DNA from: Coleofasciculus chthonoplastes F2-STO-03
GTDB taxonomy: Bacteria; Cyanobacteriota; Cyanobacteriia; Cyanobacteriales; Coleofasciculaceae
Reading direction: 5' to 3'
Length of the DNA: 31,634 nt
Assembly: GCA_040222015.1 (NCBI GenBank)
Contig: JAVJWO010000149.1
Span: 1 to 31,634, forward strand
Within the stretch, counting starts at the first letter, position 1. Every line of letters begins with the position of its first letter. The notes beneath the pieces were generated by a model. It was not told the DNA's origin. It worked only from the letters and a program-made list of their open reading frames with translations, and searched no databases. A program made the translations under genes and the position numbers. Positions 25,336 to 31,634 of this stretch are shown piece after piece.

Positions 25336-27258
25336 ATGGCAAAAGTAGTTGGAATTGACTTAGGTACGACAAACTCCTGTGTAGCCGTCATGGAAGGGGG
25401 TAAACCCACCGTGATTGCTAACGCCGAAGGGGGACGTACAACCCCTTCAGTTGTGGCGTATGCCAAAAATGGCGATCGCCTCGTGGGTCAAATCGCCAAA
25501 CGTCAGGCGGTGATGAACCCGGAAAATACGTTCTACTCGGTCAAACGCTTCATTGGGCGTAGACATGGCGAAGTCACCAATGAAGCTACAGAAGTCTCTT
25601 ATAAAGTCCTCAAAGTTGGCGATAACGTTAAACTTGATTGTCCCTCTCAAGGTAAACAGTTTGCGCCTGAAGAGATTGCGGCTCAAGTGCTACGGAAGCT
25701 CGTCGATGACGCCAGTAAGTACCTGGGCGAAACCGTGACTCAAGCCGTGATTACGGTTCCGGCGTACTTCAATGACTCCCAGCGTCAAGCCACAAAAGAC
25801 GCCGGTAAGATTGCTGGGGTTGAAGTGTTGCGGATTATTAACGAACCCACAGCGGCTTCTCTGGCGTATGGCTTAGATAAGAAGAGCAACGAAACAATTT
25901 TAGTCTTTGACCTGGGTGGTGGAACCTTTGACGTATCCATTCTGGAAGTCGGGGATGGTGTTTTTGAAGTATTATCAACCTCTGGTGACACTCACTTGGG
26001 GGGTGACGACTTCGATAAGAAAATCGTTGATTACCTCGCCGCTGAATTCCAGAAATCCGAAGGGATTGACTTACGCAAAGACAAGCAAGCTCTGCAACGT
26101 TTAACGGAAGCAGCAGAGAAAGCTAAAATTGAACTCTCCAGCGTCACCCAAGCTGAAATCAACCTACCCTTTATTACCGCCACCCAGGATGGTCCAAAGC
26201 ACCTGGATACAACCTTGACGCGGGCGAAGTTTGAAGAACTCTGTGCCGACTTAATTGATCGGTGTCGCATCCCGGTTGAGAATTCGGTACGTGATGCCAA
26301 AATTGATAAGAGTGCGATCGATGAGATTGTCTTAGTCGGGGGTTCGACCCGGATTCCGGCGGTAAAAGAGGTGGTTAAGCGGGTATTGGGTAAAGATCCC
26401 AACCAAACCGTGAACCCGGATGAAGTGGTTGCAATTGGTGCAGCGATTCAAGCGGGTGTCTTAGCGGGTGAAGTTAAAGACATTCTGCTCCTTGATGTTA
26501 CACCTCTATCCTTGGGTGTAGAAACCTTGGGCGGTGTGATGACCAAGATTATTCCCCGTAACACCACCATCCCCACCAAGAAGTCAGAAACCTTCTCCAC
26601 GGCTGTGGATGGTCAAACTAACGTCGAAATCCACGTTCTCCAAGGTGAACGGGAAATGTCCGGCGATAACAAGAGTCTGGGGACTTTCCGTCTGGATGGA
26701 ATTCCCCCAGCACCGCGCGGCGTTCCCCAAATTGAAGTTACTTTTGATATTGACGCTAATGGTATCCTGAATGTTACTGCGAAGGATAAAGGTACGGGTA
26801 AAGAGCAATCGATTAGCATTACAGGCGCATCTACCCTCCCCAGTGAAGATGTTGATCGCATGGTTCAGGAAGCCGAAACCAACGCAGCGGCGGACAAAGA
26901 GCGGCGTGAGAAAATCGATCGCAAGAACCAAGCCGATTCTTTGACGTATCAAGCTGAGAAGCAGATTAATGAGTTGGGTGATAAAGTCTCAGCAGAAGAT
27001 AAGACTAAGGTAGAAGGCTTGATTAAGGATCTGCGTGAGGCGGTTTCTCAGGAAGATGATGAGAAGATTAAGACGCTGACCACAGAATTGCAACAAGCAC
27101 TCTACAGCATTAGTGCTAACTTGTATCAACAAGCGGGTGGTCCTGAAGCTGGTGCGGCTCCTGGTGGTGCGGGTGGACCTGAAGCTGGTGCGGCTCCCAG
27201 TGGTGAATCCGGTGGTGGTGATGATGTCATCGACGCTGAATTCTCGGAAACGAAATAG
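25336..27258 (+). CDS. dnaK: Molecular chaperone DnaK (DnaK2 type)
   Basis: [26 protein letters not shown] and C-terminal DDVIDAEF. Confidence 0.99.
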   Translation: MAKVVGIDLGTTNSCVAVMEGGKPTVIANAEGGRTTPSVVAYAKNGDRLVGQIAKRQAVMNPENTFYSVKRFIGRRHGEVTNEATEVSYKVLKVGDNVKLDCPSQGKQFAPEEIAAQVLRKLVDDASKYLGETVTQAVITVPAYFNDSQRQATKDAGKIAGVEVLRIINEPTAASLAYGLDKKSNETILVFDLGGGTFDVSILEVGDGVFEVLSTSGDTHLGGDDFDKKIVDYLAAEFQKSEGIDLRKDKQALQRLTEAAEKAKIELSSVTQAEINLPFITATQDGPKHLDTTLTRAKFEELCADLIDRCRIPVENSVRDAKIDKSAIDEIVLVGGSTRIPAVKEVVKRVLGKDPNQTVNPDEVVAIGAAIQAGVLAGEVKDILLLDVTPLSLGVETLGGVMTKIIPRNTTIPTKKSETFSTAVDGQTNVEIHVLQGEREMSGDNKSLGTFRLDGIPPAPRGVPQIEVTFDIDANGILNVTAKDKGTGKEQSISITGASTLPSEDVDRMVQEAETNAAADKERREKIDRKNQADSLTYQAEKQINELGDKVSAEDKTKVEGLIKDLREAVSQEDDEKIKTLTTELQQALYSISANLYQQAGGPEAGAAPGGAGGPEAGAAPSGESGGGDDVIDAEFSETK

Positions 27259-27269
27259 TCGGTTAGGAT

Positions 27270-27349
27270 TAGAGGTTGGCCAGAGGCTAGCCTCTATTTT
27301 TAATCATTATCAGCGACGCCAGTTGTTCAGAAGGCGTCGCTTTATTTTT
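27270..27349 (+). terminator. Two tandem intrinsic-terminator-like hairpins after dnaK
   Basis: TAGAGGTTGGC...GCTAGCCTCTA followed by TTTTT; AGCGACGCC...GGCGTCGCT followed by TTATTTTT. Confidence 0.65.
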
Positions 27350-27489
27350 GAGGACTTATAGCATCTCGGCTGTTTACCGTTCCAGTGGAGGGTTAGGGAG
27401 GGGTAAAATCAAGGTATTGCAGAGTTTTGAGCTTAGGTTAGGCTTGATCAGGATGGGTTAGACGGGTATTTTTTGGAGAAGGAGAAGGA

Positions 27490-27912
27490 ATGGCGTACTG
27501 GCTTTTTCAAGGCAATCCTAAGTATTACCGGATTATTGATGCGATTCGCGATTTTGTGCAAATGCCGTGGTTAGTGACTCGCTACACGAAGGATATGGCG
27601 GCGGGTGATGGGGTGTTGATTTGGAAAGCCGGACAGGATGCGGGGATTTATGCGATCGCGGAAATTATCGAACCGCCTAAACTGTTTGATAAAGTCCCGG
27701 ATATTGGGTATTGGATTGATAAGTCTCGTTTGGGAAGCAAGCCGCAAGCGCGTATTCGGTTTACGACTAAACTGTTAGAGAAACCCCTATTGCGGGAGTC
27801 TTTAAAACAAGATACGGTGCTGAAGAGTTTGGGGGTGATTCGTGTGCCGAATGGGACAAATTATAAGGTAACGCCTGAAGAATGGCAGCGCGTTCATCAG
27901 TTGAAGGGATAA
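27490..27912 (+). CDS. Stand-alone EVE (PUA-like) domain protein
   Basis: MAYWLFQGNPKYY...GDGVLIWKAG...GIYAIAEI...TNYKVTPEEW pattern; strong AGGAG ribosome-binding site. Confidence 0.85.
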   Translation: MAYWLFQGNPKYYRIIDAIRDFVQMPWLVTRYTKDMAAGDGVLIWKAGQDAGIYAIAEIIEPPKLFDKVPDIGYWIDKSRLGSKPQARIRFTTKLLEKPLLRESLKQDTVLKSLGVIRVPNGTNYKVTPEEWQRVHQLKG

Positions 27913-27934
27913 ATGGGTAAACATAAAAACAAAA

Positions 27935-28014
27935 CCTAACCCCCCCACCCCCCTGCAAAGGAAGGGGGAGTTCTACTTCCCTCTCCTCGTAGGAGAGGGG
28001 TTGGGGGAGAGGTC
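27935..28014. repeat. CCTAACCCCC.../CTCTCC...GGAGAGGGG composite palindromic repeat
   Basis: CCCCC...GGGGG and CCCTCTCCT-CGT-AGGAGAGGG hairpins between the EVE and methyltransferase genes. Confidence 0.7.
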
Positions 28015-28046
28015 AAGTTATGATTGGAGTCAAATCAATATTCATC

Positions 28047-31037
28047 ATGCGCCAACCAGAATTTCAGCAGTCTATTCTTGACATCCTTGCTTCGCTGCAA
28101 GGGTTAAACCCCCTCAAGGAGTTATTTTGGTCTGAACTGAATTATGATCGCGAAAATCAACCCCTTTCGCGGCGGGGATGGAGTGATCCGGTTTCCCTTC
28201 TATTAGCAGAAGATCCTCTATTATTAGCCTCGGCAGGTAGTGAGTTTCATATTCTTTATGGGCGGTTGCAGTCGGAGCGCTTGTTGGCAAGTGATCAGCG
28301 TCCGGTGGTTAATCAATTGTTGAACAATCATCCTTATGCCTTATTTATCTTTTCTAATTATAATCAAGATCAATGGCATTTTCTTAACGTTAAATACGAT
28401 AAAAAACAGGATAAGCGTCAGGTTTTTCGCCGAATTACCGTTAGTTCAGGGGAACAGTTACGAACGGCGACAGAACGCCTCAGCTTATTAGATTTAGCCG
28501 AAATTTCTGGGGTAGACCCCTTGACAATTCAGCAGCGTCATGATCAGGCGTTTGATGTTGAGAAGGTTACGCAAAAATTCTTTGAGACGTATCGGCGGGT
28601 ATTTGAGCAGGTGGAAGGCTTACTTGAGCCGATGATGGCGGATGGGGAACAGCGGCGGATGTTTACCCAAAGGCTGTTTAATCGGTTGATGTTTATTGCC
28701 TTTATTCAGAAAAAAGGGTGGCTGACGTTTCAGGGGAAAAGGAACTATTTAGAGGCGTTGTGGCAGGATTATCAAGATAAGTATACATCAGAGAGCAATT
28801 TTTATCGCGATCGTTTGTCTCTTTTGTTCTTTTCGGGGCTGAATAATCCTCAACAACAGGATATCACGGGGATTAATCAGGGGGGTTTTCTCCAGGAGGT
28901 TATGGGTACGGTTCCTTATCTGAATGGGGGGTTATTTGAACAAGATGCGGATGACCAAAATCCGGAGATTATTGTGCCGGATCAGGGGATTGAGGCGATT
29001 ATTCTGGATTTATTTGCTAGCTTTAATTTTACGGTAACGGAGAGTACACCCCTGGATGTGGAGGTGGCGGTTGATCCGGAAATGCTGGGAAAGGTGTTTG
29101 AAGAATTGGTGACGGGGCGTCATGAAACGGGGAGTTATTATACACCGAAGCCGATTGTATCTTTTATGTGTCGGGAGGCGTTGAAGGGGTATTTACGCTG
29201 TCAGTTACTGGCGGAGTCGGTTGAGGCGATTGAGGCATTTGTGGATCAGCATAACCCGATGGGGTTGATTAATCCAGAGGCGGTATTGGGGGCGTTACGA
29301 AAAGTTAAGGTTTGTGATCCGGCTTGTGGAAGTGGTGCTTATTTGTTGGGGATGCTGCATGAGTTGTTGGAGTTGCGTCAGTGTTTGTTTGCGACGCGGA
29401 AAATTGACGCGAAGACGGATTATGCGCGGAAGTTGGAGATTATTGAAACGAATATTTATGGGGTGGATATTGATGTATTTGCGGTTAATATTGCCCGGTT
29501 GCGGTTGTGGTTATCCCTGGCGGTGGAATATGAGGGGGATGATCCGCCGCCTTTACCGAATTTGAAGTTTAAGATTGAGGTGGGGGATAGTTTGATTGCG
29601 CCGAATCCGCAACCAGGTTCGGGGATGTTTCGGGATGAGTTGATTAATCGGTATCGAGAAAGTAAGGGGGCGTATTTAAAGGCGCATTTGGGTGGGGAAA
29701 AGCAGTCGTTAGAACAGGAGATTCAGCGGTTAAAGGGTGAAATTGCGTTATTGACTCACGGTAGTATTCAGGTGTCTGGGTTTGATTGGGCGGTGGAGTT
29801 TGCGGAGGTGATGGCGGATGGGGGCTTTGATATTCAGGTGGCAAATCCGCCTTATGTAAGGATGGAATTGTTTAAAGAAATCAAGCCAATTTTGAAAAAT
29901 AATTTTCCAGAGGTTCATGATGAACGTGCCGATCTTTACTGCTATTTTTATGATCGTGCTTTACAGTTGCTACAACCAGAAGGAATGTTGACGTTCATTT
30001 CTTCTAATAAATGGTTGAAAGCCAAATATGGTTTAAAGCTGAAAAAATATATTGCTGACAACTGTCAAATATATAGTATTACTGACTTTGGAGATTTGCC
30101 TGTTTTTCAAAAAGCTACTGCCTATCCAATGATTTTTGTATCGCAGAAACAAAGAAAATATAATACTGGAACTGTTTTCACTCAAGTCAAATCCTTAAAT
30201 TCTCCTTATCCAGATGTTCTGAGGATTCTAAAAGAGAGTGGAGAATTGTTACCAGATAGTGCCATAAAAGGTTCAAAATGGCTCCTTACTGATTCAACCT
30301 CGGCTAATCGCATTTTAAAAATGGAAGAAGCAGGTATAGCGTTGGGCGATTACGTTAAAGGAAAAATACTTTATGGTGTAAAGACTGGATTAAATGAAGC
30401 ATTTGTCATTGATGCAAAGACAAGAATAGAACTAATTAATCAGAATTCAGAATGTGCAAATTTAATTAAACCTTTAGTCGTTGGAAAAAATATTCGTAAG
30501 TGGCGGATTGATTATGATAAGCAATGGTTGTTATATATGAGTCATGGAATTGACACAACTAAAGCACAGCCTATAATAAACTATTTATGCCAATATAAGC
30601 AAAGATTGGCAAATAGAGCCACCAAGCAAAACTGGTATGAACTCCAGCAACCTCAAGAAAAATATACTTCGAGTTTTGTGCAACCCAAAATCATCTATCC
30701 AATAATTGCAAAAAAATCTCGATTTTCATTTGATGAAACTGGCACATTTATAAATGATAAAGTTTTCGCTATTCCTGTCAAAGACTTATACTTGTTGGGG
30801 GTTTTGAATTCCCAAGTTATCTGGCAATATCTTCAAGTAAAATGTTCAAAGCTAAGGGGCGGAGATTTGGAATTACGAAGAACTTATATGAGTAAAATAC
30901 CTATTCCCAATGCTAATAACACTGAACGAGAAGCCATTTCTGGCTTAGTCCAAAAATGTCTAGACGCAAAAGGAATGAACTGTGAGGAATGGGAAAAAGA
31001 AATCGATGAACGAGTCGCGGCACTCTATGGCTTGTAA
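28047..31037 (+). CDS. Type IIG-like (Eco57I/TaqI-C architecture) N6-adenine DNA methyltransferase with C-terminal target-recognition domain
   Basis: YLNGGLF, GSYYTP, DPACGSGAYL (motif I), ANPPY (motif IV), ISSNKWL, DFGD and WYELQ...PKIIYP...LGVLNS. Likely start ATG 28047. Confidence 0.9.
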   Translation: MRQPEFQQSILDILASLQGLNPLKELFWSELNYDRENQPLSRRGWSDPVSLLLAEDPLLLASAGSEFHILYGRLQSERLLASDQRPVVNQLLNNHPYALFIFSNYNQDQWHFLNVKYDKKQDKRQVFRRITVSSGEQLRTATERLSLLDLAEISGVDPLTIQQRHDQAFDVEKVTQKFFETYRRVFEQVEGLLEPMMADGEQRRMFTQRLFNRLMFIAFIQKKGWLTFQGKRNYLEALWQDYQDKYTSESNFYRDRLSLLFFSGLNNPQQQDITGINQGGFLQEVMGTVPYLNGGLFEQDADDQNPEIIVPDQGIEAIILDLFASFNFTVTESTPLDVEVAVDPEMLGKVFEELVTGRHETGSYYTPKPIVSFMCREALKGYLRCQLLAESVEAIEAFVDQHNPMGLINPEAVLGALRKVKVCDPACGSGAYLLGMLHELLELRQCLFATRKIDAKTDYARKLEIIETNIYGVDIDVFAVNIARLRLWLSLAVEYEGDDPPPLPNLKFKIEVGDSLIAPNPQPGSGMFRDELINRYRESKGAYLKAHLGGEKQSLEQEIQRLKGEIALLTHGSIQVSGFDWAVEFAEVMADGGFDIQVANPPYVRMELFKEIKPILKNNFPEVHDERADLYCYFYDRALQLLQPEGMLTFISSNKWLKAKYGLKLKKYIADNCQIYSITDFGDLPVFQKATAYPMIFVSQKQRKYNTGTVFTQVKSLNSPYPDVLRILKESGELLPDSAIKGSKWLLTDSTSANRILKMEEAGIALGDYVKGKILYGVKTGLNEAFVIDAKTRIELINQNSECANLIKPLVVGKNIRKWRIDYDKQWLLYMSHGIDTTKAQPIINYLCQYKQRLANRATKQNWYELQQPQEKYTSSFVQPKIIYPIIAKKSRFSFDETGTFINDKVFAIPVKDLYLLGVLNSQVIWQYLQVKCSKLRGGDLELRRTYMSKIPIPNANNTEREAISGLVQKCLDAKGMNCEEWEKEIDERVAALYGL

Positions 31038-31220
31038 AGTTACCGTTGGGTGGTTCAGATTAACCCAAGGATACTATAAGCGTTTGAAGGTTTATGACTC
31101 TTGCCCACCCTACATAAAGACATTTCGCCGGAACATCTTTACGCCACCAGAATGTCTCTACCAGAGTTCGTTTATTCTAGATGAGATGTATACCATTATC
31201 TTATCGCGATCGTAGATTCC

Positions 31221-31343
31221 GTTGGGTTTCCTTGCGTCAACCCAACCTACAACCTTGTTTAATTCAATGCAGCCGTAGGGTGGGTTAGACGGTGCTTAAT
31301 TAATGCAACAAACCATTGAATGAACGCACCGTCGTAACCCACC
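31221..31343. repeat. GTAG-type REP-like hairpins
   Basis: GTTGGGTT...AACCCAACCTAC (31221-31250) and GTAGGGTGGGTTAGACGGTGC...GCACCGTCGTAACCCACC (31275-31343). Confidence 0.75.
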
Positions 31344-31520
31344 GATTTATCTGGCAAATCCCTCCTCAAAAAACTTGAATAAATCGCTTGATTTATGCTG
31401 TGATTTAAGGTATTATTTCATCATGGGAAAATGTGCGCTCCTATAACCCCCTTTTCAGGAACATTGGTATCCCTGACCATAAACTCTAAATCCCAGAATT
31501 ATTCTCCTTGAACTTACCCA

Positions 31521-31634
31521 TCAACCGCGATCGCGGTTGAGATGGTGTTGAATCCATACAACAACCCGTTGAATAAACCCATCGTCATAACTCACCAAGT
31601 TATCGGATTTATCGCCATCCCCAAAAAATCCCAC
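31521..31634 (-). CDS. Possible C-terminus of a gene entering from the right edge
   Basis: Open frame VGFFGDGDKSDNLVSYDDGFIQRVVVWIQHHLNRDRG*; too short to identify. Confidence 0.25.
   Translation of the reverse strand: MGFFGDGDKSDNLVSYDDGFIQRVVVWIQHHLNRDRG

Noticed and set aside
25447..26952. Several antisense ORFs within dnaK
   Set aside because: These are typical shadow ORFs of a codon-biased conserved gene.
31521..31540. Perfect 20-bp palindrome TCAACCGCGATCGCGGTTGA as an operator
   Set aside because: It is centred on a HIP1 octamer, so an extended palindrome can arise by chance, and there is no supporting context.

Overview
This is chromosomal DNA from a filamentous cyanobacterium: HIP1 (GCGATCGC) octamers are frequent, STRR heptamer arrays are present, and GTAG-type palindromic repeats are very dense. 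The repeat repertoire resembles Coleofasciculus/Microcoleus-type Oscillatoriales, which is an inference. Core genes are argG, a PAS-domain class III nucleotide cyclase, a five-gene Co/Ni ECF transporter operon (cbiMQO plus two accessory genes), rpmF (missed by the ORF track), an lpxB-like gene, mraY and dnaK. Accessory and mobile content: (1) the 3' end and right end of an IS200/IS605 tnpB element interrupting a gene at the left edge; (2) an AT-rich convergent DUF5131 (radical-SAM-like) plus TcmP methyltransferase module, with tcmP split by an exact 5-bp tandem duplication; (3) a tnpB fragment abutting a frameshifted baeRF remnant; (4) a deleted cbiG-cobJ remnant; (5) an EVE-domain gene followed by a type IIG-like DNA methyltransferase with an apparently swapped AT-rich specificity region. 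The most unusual structure is a family of GGGCGGGTTT-N(34-39)-AAACCCGCCCCTAC hairpin elements with fixed-length but variable interiors. Together with other REP-like elements, these have inserted in frame into the lpxB-like gene and are translated as part of it. All family assignments come from recalled motifs; no database searches were run.
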